Part shown: in pieces, positions 21,395 through 31,556 of the stretch | Layout of the letters: every line of letters begins with the position of its first letter | Position numbering within the stretch: position 1 is the first letter of the stretch | From: an uncultured Gemmatimonadales bacterium | GTDB taxonomy: Bacteria; Gemmatimonadota; Gemmatimonadetes; Longimicrobiales; Gaopeijiaceae | Length of the DNA stretch: 64,000 nt | Reading direction: 5' to 3' | Assembly (NCBI GenBank): GCA_963823035.1 | Contig: CAWGKG010000020.1 | Span: 340,261-404,260 of the forward strand | Translations under genes and position numbers: made by a program | Notes under the pieces: generated by a model | Database searches by the model: none | The model's input: the letters and a program-made list of their open reading frames with translations, nothing else | Told to the model about the DNA's origin: nothing

Positions 21395-22563
21395 AGCGTT
21401 CCGGCTTCGCCCTGCCGCTCGCTGTCGCGATCATGGTCGCCGTATCCATCATAGCGGTCACGGCGCTCCAGGTCGCGACGAGTGATTTTCAGGCGAATCG
21501 GGCCATGAGGTTGGCGTCGCGCGCCCTTTTCGCGGCGGACGCCGGCGCCGATCGAACCGTCGCGCGCTGGAGCAGCGGCCCGTTCGGTAGCCTGGCGCCG
21601 GGCGACAGCGCGAGCACCGGGTGGATCTCGTTGCCGGACGGGTCGAGTTACCAGAGCCAGATCCTGCGTGTCGACGACGGGACCGGCGCGGCACCCCTGT
21701 ACCGGGTCGTCACGGAGGGCCGACCGAGCCACCGGTCCCAGGCACGTCGCCGCATCATCACCATGGTCGTGGGGGGCGGCGGCGGCGCCGCGTGTTGTGG
21801 CTCGGCCGTCAAGATCGTGGGCCACCTCACGCTCCGCGCCTCGGGCTCGTCCGGTGGAGGACACGGTTCTTGGACCCCGACACCGCAGGCGGACGGGCGC
21901 GACCACATCCCCTCGGCATGGTCGGGCTTGTGCCCGACTCCGGGATCGGCCCTTCCCGGTGTCGAGATCGACCGCAGCTCGAACCTGACACTGCGGAGAG
22001 ACGCGAACGTGGCGGGCACCCCGCCCGTCCTGGAAGCCCCCTCCCTCGACCCCGCGCTCACGAACGTGGTCGCGGGCGGCGCGTACGCCGATCTCGCTGC
22101 GGCCGCCGACATCGAGTTCGGTGGGTCCAGCACCCGTATTCGCGATAGCATCCGACCGTCCGCCTCGGGGGGCGCCTGCAATACGGACGACACACGGAAC
22201 TGGGGAGCTCCGGGCACCCCCACCTCCGCCTGCTGGGACTACCTCCCGGTCATCCACGCGGCCGGGAACCTGCGGATCGACGCCGCCGGGGAGGGTCAAG
22301 GGATCCTGCTCGTCGACGGCGACCTGACCATCACGGACGACTTCGACTTCTACGGCGTCGTCGTGGTGAAGGGTGAGGTCAACCTGCGGGGCGACGCGAC
22401 CATCACGGGCACGCTCCTCGTCGGGAATCGCTCTGGCAGTGGGGATTCCCAGATCCGCGACGACGCGGGCGTGCGCTACAGCGCCTGTGCCACCGCCCGG
22501 GCCACAGCAGGAATGGGCGACGCCAGCTTCCTTCCGGGCCGCCACTGGTTCGAGGTACCCTGA
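21391..22563 (+). CDS. PilX-like minor pilin with C-terminal beta-helix-like repeat region
   Basis: KRSGFALPLAV (no Glu5, as in PilX/GspK); ALFAADAG; GQGILLVDGDL..FYGVVVVKG; ends WFEVP. Confidence 0.78.
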   Translation: MKRSGFALPLAVAIMVAVSIIAVTALQVATSDFQANRAMRLASRALFAADAGADRTVARWSSGPFGSLAPGDSASTGWISLPDGSSYQSQILRVDDGTGAAPLYRVVTEGRPSHRSQARRRIITMVVGGGGGAACCGSAVKIVGHLTLRASGSSGGGHGSWTPTPQADGRDHIPSAWSGLCPTPGSALPGVEIDRSSNLTLRRDANVAGTPPVLEAPSLDPALTNVVAGGAYADLAAAADIEFGGSSTRIRDSIRPSASGGACNTDDTRNWGAPGTPTSACWDYLPVIHAAGNLRIDAAGEGQGILLVDGDLTITDDFDFYGVVVVKGEVNLRGDATITGTLLVGNRSGSGDSQIRDDAGVRYSACATARATAGMGDASFLPGRHWFEVP

Positions 22564-22600
22564 TGCCCCTCCTCCCCCGCGCACGACAGGTGACGGCGTC

Positions 22601-23812
22601 ATGAGCGGATACCGCTTCCGTGCCCACAACACCGACGGCAAGGCCTACCGTGGCGTCATCCAGGCGAACTCGATCCTGGAAGCAGAGCGGGCCCTCGTCA
22701 AGCAGAAGCTGATCCCGGATCACATGCGTGCGGAGCCGCTGGACCACAGCCTCCGCCTCCGACGCGGGCCATCACCGCGGGCCCTGGTCCAGTTCGCCCG
22801 ACAGTTCTCGACTCTGATCGAGGCCGCCGTTCCGCTGGTCCTGAGCCTGGAGATCCTCCAGGGGCTGACGAGCGACCGCCCCCTGAGGTCGGCGATTGCC
22901 GCGACTGCCAACGACCTCCAGGCCGGATCGACGCTCGCGGACGCACTGCGGAGGCATCCCAGGATCTTCAGCGGCATCTTCATCTCGATCGTGGAGGCGG
23001 GGGAAGAGGGCGGGACTCTGGACGTGAGCCTGGGCCGCCTCGCGGACTACATGGAGCGCTCGCAATCCATCCGCGACCGGGTTCGCGGTGCCATGATCTA
23101 CCCGGCCATCATCGCGCTGGTGGCGGTGGGGGCCGTGGTCGCCATGCTCACCCTGGTCGTCCCCACCTTCGAGGGGATGTTCGCGGCGAACGGCATGGAG
23201 CTGCCCTTCCCCACCCTCGTCCTCGTGGAGGCGTCACGATTCGTCGCCGCCCAGTGGCCGTTCCTCGTCGCCGGCCTCCTCTTCGTAGGCCTCGTTGGAA
23301 AGGCGCTCTACGACACTGGACCGGGGCGGCGCCTGGCCCACCGGGTGGTTCTGTGGGTCCCGGTGCTGGGCCCAATTCTGCGGATGTCGTCCGTCGCGCG
23401 GATGTCGCGCACGATCGGCTCGCTGCTGGAATCGGGGGTGACCATCCTCGACGCGTTGACGGCGGCGGCCCGCACCGCCGGCAACACGGTCATCGAGGGG
23501 GCGGTCACCCGGACCCGCGACGCCGTAGCGATGGGCTTCGGCATCTCGGGGCCGCTCGGGGATGAGCGCGTCCTGCCGCCCCTCATGGCCCGCATGGTGA
23601 ACGTGGGCGAGCAGACCGGCAAGCTCGGCCAGATGTTCGAGAAGGTCGCTGACTTCTACGAGGCCGAGCTGGACGCCCAGGTGGAAGGGCTCCTCAAGGC
23701 GCTCGAGCCGGCGCTGGTCGTGCTCGTGGGCCTGCTGCTCGGCGGGATGGTCGTGGCGATGTACCTGCCGATCTTCGACGCGATCGGAGCGGTGGACACG
23801 GTCGGCCTGTAA
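22601..23812 (+). CDS. pilC: Type II secretion F / PilC inner-membrane platform protein
   Basis: FARQFSTLIEA, AGEEGGTL, AMIYP, VGEQTGKL, LEP...AMYLPIF. Confidence 0.92.
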   Translation: MSGYRFRAHNTDGKAYRGVIQANSILEAERALVKQKLIPDHMRAEPLDHSLRLRRGPSPRALVQFARQFSTLIEAAVPLVLSLEILQGLTSDRPLRSAIAATANDLQAGSTLADALRRHPRIFSGIFISIVEAGEEGGTLDVSLGRLADYMERSQSIRDRVRGAMIYPAIIALVAVGAVVAMLTLVVPTFEGMFAANGMELPFPTLVLVEASRFVAAQWPFLVAGLLFVGLVGKALYDTGPGRRLAHRVVLWVPVLGPILRMSSVARMSRTIGSLLESGVTILDALTAAARTAGNTVIEGAVTRTRDAVAMGFGISGPLGDERVLPPLMARMVNVGEQTGKLGQMFEKVADFYEAELDAQVEGLLKALEPALVVLVGLLLGGMVVAMYLPIFDAIGAVDTVGL

Positions 23813-23879
23813 AGAGCGCAGTCGGACACCACGTCCCGGGTGCGGTTTTGCTCGGCGTCTCGTAATAGCGACCCGCCGG

Positions 23880-23975
23880 TTGCTCGACCAGACGCCGGAC
23901 TTCAACCCCACCGACGCCGATCCCGCCCCTGCCTTCCAGTTCGACCCCTAGCTACCCGGCGACTTCGACGACTGA
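23880..23975 (+). pseudogene. Putative IS91-family transposase C-terminal remnant
   Basis: LLDQTPDFNPTDADPAPAFQFDP*LPGDFDD* resembles the acidic DQTP..D...P.F.FDQ tail I associate with IS91-like transposases; internal TAG. Confidence 0.45.
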
Positions 23976-24034
23976 GAACCGGCGGAACCGGCTCCCCCCC
24001 GCCCCCCATTACAGGTCTCGCCTCTCGCCGCTAT

Positions 24035-24523
24035 TCACCCATCGCCTCGACCCCCACGAACAGCCCCTCTGACCATCCGGTCGGCCTCGAGGTCGAGCGC
24101 CCACGCCACGTTCTCGGCGGAAGCCGGGAAGATCTCGAAATAGTTCGTCCGATCGTACCAGGTGGTGCCGTTCGGCTGCGCGCCCTTCTCGGTGAACTCC
24201 TGCGTGATGTCGGGATGCGTGGGCGTGCCCTTGAAGACCATGTGCTCCAGGAGGTGCGCCATCCCCGTCTCCCCGTAGCCCTCGTTCCGCGAGCCGACGA
24301 AGTAGGTGATGTTCACGGTCACCTGGGGCTTGGAGGCGTCGGGGAAGAGGAGGACGCGGAGCCCGTTGTCGAGCCGGTACTCCGTGATTCCCTCCACGCT
24401 CGTGACGGGCTCGAGCTGCGTGACCGTCTGCGCGTCGGCCGGCGTCGTCTCCATGGGCGCGACCACGGCGACGAGGGCGAGCAGGCCCATCCTCCCGAGG
24501 GTAGGTGCGGGTCGGCGGGTCAT
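24035..24523 (-). pseudogene. Truncated duplicate of the M16 peptidase N-terminus (162-aa ORF)
   Basis: Identical to the first ~150 aa of the 18882 ORF, including HLLEH, then unrelated sequence. Confidence 0.9.
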
Positions 24524-24645
24524 GGTACCTCCTTGGCGTGCGTTCCCGCCGGGGCGGGTGGAAGTGTTCTCAGACTACACGCAGCGCGCGCAGTCGGTTC
24601 AGGGCGGCGGCGAGCTCGTGGCGGCGAAACGCCGAGAGGTCTCCG
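24072..24645 (+). repeat. 574-bp direct repeat, copy 2
   Basis: Matches 18431..19004; contains the M16 5' end, the intergenic spacer and the ATPase 3' tail. Confidence 0.97.
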
Positions 24646-26279
24646 GGCAGGCGGTCGTCGAGCACGTCGAGCCCGCCTGCGGCCACCTTCTCTTCGATCA
24701 TGTCCAGTGCCTCGGGGATGCCGTTGGGCCTACCGTCGAGCTCGTGTGCCAGCAGGGCGAGCGCCCTCCCGATCGCGCGGATCTGGCCCCGGCATACCAC
24801 CTGCTCGACCGCGCCGAGGTCCAGCGTCTCACGGCCGAAGAGGAGCGTGCGCAGGTCGGGCACCTTCACGTAGGCGGGGCGTCGGCCGCGGCGCGGGTCG
24901 AGGGAGGCGGGGTCGAGGACGCGCGCCGCCGGACGGAGGATCGGTGAGCCCGTCTCGCGCTCGCGTCCCGTGGGATGCTCGTCCGCCACGATGCGGGCGC
25001 GCTCGGTCACGTCGTGCGGCTCGTAGCGGCGCATGGCCACGACGTTGTCGGCGACCTCCAGGTAGTCGCCGCTCCCGCCCAGCACGAGCACCGCGCTCAC
25101 GCCCAGCTCCCGATGCAGCTCGCGTACGCGATCCACGAACGGGGTGATGGGCTCGCCCTCCTTCGGCACCAGCGCCTGCATGCGCCGGTCGCGGATCATG
25201 AAGTTCGTGGCCGACGTGTCCTCGTCGACGAGCAGCACACGCGCTCCCGACTCGAGCGCCTCCACGATCGTGGCGGCCTGGCTGGTGGAGCCGGACGCGT
25301 TCGGCGTGGTGAAGGCGTGCGTGTCCTGACCCAGGGGCAGGCCGTCGATGAACCCCGAGATGTCCACGCCGGTCACGGCGCGCCCGTCCTCGGCGCGGAC
25401 CTTCACGGTGTCCGCGTCGCTCACGACCCGCTCGCGTCCGTCTCCGGGGCGGTGGTTGTAGACGCCCGTCTCGAGGGCGCGCAGCAGCGTGCTCTTGCCG
25501 TGGAAGCCGCCGCCGACCACGAGCGTGACGCCTTCCGGGACCCCCATGCCGGTGAGCGGCCCGGCGTTCGGGGCCTCCAGCGTGACGCTCAGGGACGGCG
25601 GAGCGCGGAAGGGCACCACCGCCTCGATCTCGAGGGGGCGGTCGTCGACGCCGCTCCGCCTGGGGAGCACGGCGCCGTCCGCGACGAAGGCGATCAGTCC
25701 CCGGTCGCGGAGCTGTGCACGGAGCCGATCCGCGTCCTCGTTCGCCTCGGCGTGCAGGAGCAGCTCCGCCTCCTCGTGAGCGGAGGCGAGCAGCGAGCCC
25801 CGCACCAGCGAGGGCACCGCTTCGGTCAGCAGGGTCCCCGCTTGCGCGCCGAGGATCCGTCGGCCACGTGCCGGCAGCCCGACCCCGAAGCGCGCTTCCA
25901 CCGCGCCGTTGCCGTCGACCCGGACGGCGGTCTGCAGAAGCACCTCCTGCCCCGGCGCCTCCACCTCGATCTCGCCGCTCCGCCCGCTGCCACGCACGCG
26001 GGGGGCGTCGTGGGCGGCGGCCGCGAGCGCGCGCGCGAGGAAGGCCGAGGTGCCGAGCGCGCGGCTCGGGTTGGCGAAGCTCCCGTGGGGAAGGGCCGCC
26101 GTGCCGGGTGGGACCAGCACGCGGATGCGCGAGGGCGCGGCGAAGGGATCGCCCTGCACGTGGTCCACCACCAGGGTGAAGCCGTCGAACGCCCACGCCC
26201 CCGCCGCCGCCGTATAGGCCTTGTACCCTCGCCCTTCGAGGCCGCCCAGCAGCGCCCCCAGCTCCCCCGCGTCCCTCAG
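24570..26279 (-). CDS. ABC-ATPase-domain protein (predicted ATPase of the ABC class)
   Basis: DHVQGDPFAAPSR, GGGFHGKST, NASGSTSQAA, LLVDEDTSATNFMIRD; likely start at CTG after GAGGAGG. Confidence 0.88.
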   Translation of the reverse strand: MRDAGELGALLGGLEGRGYKAYTAAAGAWAFDGFTLVVDHVQGDPFAAPSRIRVLVPPGTAALPHGSFANPSRALGTSAFLARALAAAAHDAPRVRGSGRSGEIEVEAPGQEVLLQTAVRVDGNGAVEARFGVGLPARGRRILGAQAGTLLTEAVPSLVRGSLLASAHEEAELLLHAEANEDADRLRAQLRDRGLIAFVADGAVLPRRSGVDDRPLEIEAVVPFRAPPSLSVTLEAPNAGPLTGMGVPEGVTLVVGGGFHGKSTLLRALETGVYNHRPGDGRERVVSDADTVKVRAEDGRAVTGVDISGFIDGLPLGQDTHAFTTPNASGSTSQAATIVEALESGARVLLVDEDTSATNFMIRDRRMQALVPKEGEPITPFVDRVRELHRELGVSAVLVLGGSGDYLEVADNVVAMRRYEPHDVTERARIVADEHPTGRERETGSPILRPAARVLDPASLDPRRGRRPAYVKVPDLRTLLFGRETLDLGAVEQVVCRGQIRAIGRALALLAHELDGRPNGIPEALDMIEEKVAAGGLDVLDDRLPGDLSAFRRHELAAALNRLRALRVV

Positions 26280-26389
26280 TGCTCCCTCCTCTGCACACGC
26301 GTCTCCGGACCCTATCTTTTTCCTCCGACACCCTCGAAGTTCCCCTCCCACGGAGCCTTCGGGCCCCCGGCCCCGGAGCCTGACAGCGC

Positions 26390-27202
26390 ATGGCCCAACC
26401 TTCCGAGAGCGCGGGCGCCGCCGACGAGCCGCTGCTCGTCACGCGCGCCGACGCGATCCTCCTGCTCACGCTCCACCGACCGGATCGCCTGAACGCGGTC
26501 AGCCTGCCCATGTACGAGCGGCTGGCGGCCGAGCTGCGGGGCGCGTCCGACGACCCTTCCGTGCGCTGCGTGGTGATCACGGGAGCGGGGCGGGCGTTCT
26601 GTGTCGGAGCCGATCTCAAGTCGCACGGAGAGGGCCCGCCCACCGGCGAGGAGCGGCGGCGCTACGTCCGGATCGCGCAACGCGTGAACCGGCGCATCCA
26701 ACTCGGACCCAAGCCCGTGGTGGCGGCCGTGAACGGGCACGCGATCGGCGCGGGGCTGGAGATGGCGCTCTCGGCCGACTTCATGATCGTGGCCGAGGAC
26801 GCCAAGCTGCGCTTTCCGGAGATCTCGCTCGGCACCTTCGTGGGCGGCGGCGTGGTCTATACGCTGGCCGAGCGCGTCGGCACGCTGAAGGCGCGGGAGC
26901 TCGTCTATCTGGGCGACTTCTTCTCGGGCGCCGACGCGGCGCGGCTGGGCGTGGCCAACCGCGCGGTCCCCGCCGGCGAGGTGGTCGACGCCGCGATGGC
27001 GCTCGCGCGCCGGCTGGCCGGACAGGCGCCGCGCTCGCTCGCGTACGCCAAGCGGCTGATCGGGCCGGCGGGCACGATGTCGCGCGCCGAGGCGCTCCGA
27101 CGCGAGGCCCGTGCCCTCGAGAAGGTCTTCGGGACGCGCGACTGGAAGGAGGGGGTGGAAGCGTTCCACGAGAAGCGCCCGCCCCGCTTCACCGGTGAGT
27201 GA
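26390..27202 (+). CDS. Enoyl-CoA hydratase/isomerase family protein
   Basis: RPDRLNA, GRAFCVGADL, VNGHAIGAGLE, FPE, EKRPPRF. Confidence 0.92.
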   Translation: MAQPSESAGAADEPLLVTRADAILLLTLHRPDRLNAVSLPMYERLAAELRGASDDPSVRCVVITGAGRAFCVGADLKSHGEGPPTGEERRRYVRIAQRVNRRIQLGPKPVVAAVNGHAIGAGLEMALSADFMIVAEDAKLRFPEISLGTFVGGGVVYTLAERVGTLKARELVYLGDFFSGADAARLGVANRAVPAGEVVDAAMALARRLAGQAPRSLAYAKRLIGPAGTMSRAEALRREARALEKVFGTRDWKEGVEAFHEKRPPRFTGE

Positions 27203-29415
27203 GCCGCTGCGCACGGGCCACCCGCTCGACCCGATCCTCCTCCCGCGCTCCGTCGTGGTCGTCGGCGCCTCCGCGGACCCGAAGAAGCGCGGCTTCCAGG
27301 TCCTGCGCGCGCTGCAGGCGTCCGGCTACGCGGGCAGGGTGTACCCGGTGAATCCGAAGGGCGGCGAGATCCTGGGGCTGACGGTGCACGCGAGCGTGGA
27401 CGCGATCCCGGAGGTCCCGGACCTCGCGCTGATCTGCACCCCCGCGCCCACCGTTCCCGAGGCGGTGGAGGCGTGCGGCCGTCGGGGCGTCCGGGGCGTG
27501 GTGGTGCTGGCCGTGGGCTTCCGGGAATCCGGCGACGAGGGCGCCGCCCTCGAGGCCGCGCTCCTGCAGGCCGCGCGCCGCCACGGGGTCCGCGTGGTCG
27601 GGCCCAACACCTCGGGCATCCTCAACCTCCCGATCGGCCTCAACCTGATCGGGGCGCGCGACGTGCGCCCCGGCACGCTCTCCCTCCTGGTCCAGTCGGG
27701 GAACATGGCCCTCGCGCTCATGAACGAGGTCACCGCGCGCTCCGAGGAGGGGATCGCCGTCGCGGTGGGGGTCGGCAACGAGCTCGATCTCCGCTTCCAC
27801 GAGTATCTGGACTTCCTGGGGCGGCACGACGGCACCCGTGCGATCGTGTGCTACGTCGAGGGCTTCCGCGACGCTCGTGCCTTTCTGCAGGTCGCCACCC
27901 GCGTCTCCCGGGCGAAGCCCGTCCTGGTGATCAAGGGCGCCCGCTCGCCCCACGGTCGCGCCGCGGCGCGCTCGCACACGGGGGCCGTGTCGGGCGAATA
28001 CGACCGCCTGCGCGCCGGGCTCCGTCAGGCCGGCGTGGTCGAGGTCACGCGCACGGACGAGCTCCTCCACCTGGCCGAGACGCTCGCCACGCAGCCGGCC
28101 ATGACGCCCGAGCGGGGCGTCGCGATCCTCTCGGACGGGGGTGGGCAGGGCACGCTGGCCGCCGACACCCTCGCCGACCTGGACGTGCCGTTGGCCCGAC
28201 TGTCGGAGGCCACGCAGGGCGCTCTTCGCCGGCTCCTCGGGAGCGCGGCGGCGGTGGCCAACCCGGTGGATCTCGCGGGCGCCGCGGACGCGGATCCCGA
28301 AGCGTTCGGGCGCGCCCTCGAGGTGCTGGCGGCGGACGACGGGGTGGGAGGCGTGCTCCTGGTCGGCCTCTTCGGCGGCTACGGGATCCGCTTCGCGGAG
28401 GAGCTCGCGGAAGCGGAGGAGCGCGCGGCAACCGCCATGGCGGATACCATGCGCCAAGCCGGTCGCGCGCTCGTCGTGCACTCGATGTACGCGTCGCACC
28501 GCAGCGCACCGCTGAGGACGCTCGGCCGCCTGAGGGTCCCGGTGGTGGAGTCGCTCGAGGTGGCGTGCCGCTGCATCGCCGAGACGTGGAGACGTGGGAA
28601 GGTGCTCGCCCGTCCGGCGTGGCGGCCCGACCGCGACCCGGAAGCCGTCGCCCCCCGTGCGGGGCGCAGGCTCGAAGGGGATGGAGGCGCAGACGGTGGT
28701 GGCGACCGCCCGCGCCGAGGACCGGGACACGCTCACGGAGCCGGAGGCACGGGCGCTCCTCCGTGACGCGGGGTTGTCGTTCCCACCGGCGGCGCTGTGT
28801 ACGACGCCCGCGGAGGCCGCCGAGGCGGTGCGGGGGATGGACACCGCCGTGGCGATGAAGGTGGTCTCCGCGGACATGCCGCATAAGACGGAAGCCGGTG
28901 GCGTCGCGCTGGGGATCGGCACGCCCGCCGAGGCGGCGGATGCCTTCGCGGCGCTCGAGGAGCGCGCGGCCCGCTTCCTGGAGAACCGCGGGCTCCCGCC
29001 CGGCATCGAGGGGGTGCTCGTCGCGCCGATGCTGGCTTCGCCGCTCGCGGAGCTCCTGGTCGGGGCGCGCCGCGACGACGAAGTGGGGCCCGTCCTGACC
29101 GTGGGCGCCGGCGGCATCTGGGTCGAGGTGTTGCGCGACGTCGTCCACCGGGTGCTTCCCGTCACGGAGGACGACATCCGCGCGATGCTCGGCGAGCTGC
29201 GCACCTTCGCGCTGCTGGCCGGGGCGCGGGGTCGGCCGCAGGCGGACCTGGACGCGGTGGTGCGGGCGGCCGCGGCGGTGGGGCGCTGCCTGCTCGGCAA
29301 CGAAGACGTCGCGGAGGTGGAGGTCAACCCGCTCTTCGTGTACGCGAGCGGCGCGGAGGCGGTGGACGCACGCGTCTTCCTGCGTCCGGTGGAGCGCGCC
29401 GCGACGAGCGCTTAG
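27195..29415 (+). CDS. Acetate/acyl-CoA ligase (ADP-forming) family, CoA-binding + ATP-grasp (frameshift ~28665)
   Basis: VVGASADP, VVGPN, SHTGA, NPVD, HKTEAGGV, EVEVNPL. Confidence 0.9.
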
Positions 29416-29469
29416 AATGGCGGGCTGGACAGGTCCCGAGGCTCACGAGGGAACGCAGGAGACTTTCGC

Positions 29470-31063
29470 ATGATCCGACGCACGGTCGCACTCGCGGCGC
29501 TGGCCCTCCTCGCCCTCGGTCCGCCGCCGGCGGCGGCGCAGGAGCACACGGTCCTCATCAGGGGTGGCCGCGTGCTGGACGGCTCCGGCAATCCCTGGAT
29601 CTTCGCGGACGTCCTCCTGCGCGGCGACCGGATCGAGGCGGTGGGGAAGCTCGGGGACGTGCGCGCGGACGAGGTGGTCGACGCGACCGGGCTGTACGTG
29701 GCACCCGGCTTCATCGACACCCACACGCACGCGGGCGGCGGCCTCGCCACGCCCGGGCTGAGCCACGCCCGTCCGCTCCTGGTGCAGGGCCTCACCACGA
29801 TCTTCGCCAACCCCGACGGTGGCGGCCCGGTGGATCTCGCCGCGCAGCGACGCGACCTGCTCGACGGACGGGCTGGGCGTGAACGTCGCCCAGTTCATCT
29901 CGCAGGGGTCGGTGCGCGGCGCCGTGATGGGGGCCGACGATCGCGAGCCCACGCCCGCCGAGATGGAGCGGATGAAGCAGCTCGTGCGCGCCGGGATGGA
30001 GGAGGGCGCGTGGGGGATGTCGAGCGGGACGTTCTACGTGCCGGGCTTCTACTCGAAGCCCGCGGAGATCGAGACCCTCGCGAAGATCGTCGCGGAGTAC
30101 GGGGGCGCCTATCAGAGCCACATCCGCGACGAGTCGAGCTACACCGTCGGCCTGATGGCGGCGGTGGACGAGGTGATCCAGGTCGGACGCGCGGCCGGCA
30201 TCCCCGCGGTGCTGACGCACGTGAAGGCGCTGGGTCCCGACGTGTGGGGGTACGGACAGGCGATCGTGCGCAGGGTGGAGCGGGCCCGCGAGGAGGGCGT
30301 CCAGGTCTTCGCGGACCAGTACCCCTACACGGCTTCGGCGACCGGGCTGGACGCGGCGCTGCTGCCGCGGTGGTCGCAGGCGGGCGGGCGCGACTCCCTC
30401 CTGGCGCGCATGGACCGCCCGGCGGACATGGCGCGCATCCACGACGCCATGGTGGAGAACCTCGCGCGCCGTGGGGGCGCGGACCGGATCCAGTTCCGGC
30501 GCTTCCGCCCCGACCCGTCGATCGAGGGGAAGCTGCTGAGCGACGTGGCGAAGGCGCGGGGGGAGGATCCCCTGAAGACCGCGGTGGACCTGATCCGAGC
30601 GGGCAGCGTGAGCATCGTCTCCTACAACATGGACGACGGCGACGTGGAGACGCTCATGGCGCAGCCGTGGACGATGACGAGCTCGGACGGCGACCTGGTG
30701 CCGTGGCAGGAGGGGGTGCCGCACCCGCGGTCCTACGGCGCGTTCCCGCGCAAGATCCGCCTCTACGTCGTCGAGAAGGGCACGGTCACGCTCGAGAGCG
30801 CCGTGCGCAGCATGACGTCCCTCCCGGCGGAGGTCTACGGCATGCCGGATCGGGGGGTGCTACGTGCCGGGGCGGCCGCCGACGTGGTGGTCTTCGACCT
30901 GGCCCGCGTGCGCGACACGGCGGAATACACCGACCCGCACCAGCTGGCGGAGGGCATGGTGTGGGTCTTCGTCAACGGACAGGCGGCGATCCGCGACGGG
31001 GCGTTCGAGGACGTCCGCGCCGGTCGCGTGCTGCGGAAGGGGATGGCGCCGGTCGGACGCTGA
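29470..31063 (+). CDS. N-acyl-D-amino-acid deacylase-like amidohydrolase (frameshift ~29865)
   Basis: Signal peptide; APGFIDTHTH, SHIRDE, DQYPY, HPRSYGAFPR, ADVVVFD. Confidence 0.9.
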
Positions 31064-31394
31064 GCCCGGTCGGGCGGCGTACGCCGCCCGCGAACTGGAA
31101 TCCGAAGTCCGGCGGGAAGCGATCCTCCCCCCAGAAGAAGCCGGACCGGTGCGCGATGCGCCGTCCCGGCACCCAATCCGCGCCGTCCCGCGCGATGCCT
31201 TCCCACCGGCACTGCGCGCACCATCGCATGAGCAACCCGGGAACGGCCCAGTTCACCCAGGAAGGGAGGCGCACCGGCTCGGTGTCGTGGCCGCACTCCG
31301 GGCAGCGGACGCGGGTGGGCGCACGCCTCAAGGCGCTGGCGAACGTCACGGCGAACAGCGTCACGAGGACGCCGACGATCAGGGCGAGGGTCAT
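30972..31394 (-). CDS. Membrane-anchored zinc-ribbon-like small protein (3' end uncertain)
   Basis: N-terminal TM MTLALIVGVLVTLFAVTFA; CPECG and CAQC pairs. Confidence 0.55.
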   Translation of the reverse strand: MTLALIVGVLVTLFAVTFASALRRAPTRVRCPECGHDTEPVRLPSWVNWAVPGLLMRWCAQCRWEGIARDGADWVPGRRIAHRSGFFWGEDRFPPDFGFQFAGGVRRPTGLSVRPAPSPSAARDRRGRPRTPRRGSPPVR

Positions 31395-31556
31395 CGGTCG
31401 ATGGAAGCGGAGGGTCGAAACGGCGAGCGATGGCGGGCTCCATCGTAAGGCGGGACGGTCGCGCGAATCAAGAAAGGGCTTCCCGTCCGGACCGATTGGT
31501 CTTCGGAGCCCGACCGTGTACACTACCGGCAGCGTGCACCCCGACCGGAGAGAAGA

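Larger units (their letters stand above)
19005..24071. mobile_element. Direct-repeat-flanked accessory cassette (minor pilins + pilC) with putative IS91-like vestiges
   Basis: Bounded by the 574-bp repeats; genes opposite in strand to the host operon; visibly more A/T-ending codons; no integrase. Confidence 0.7.
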
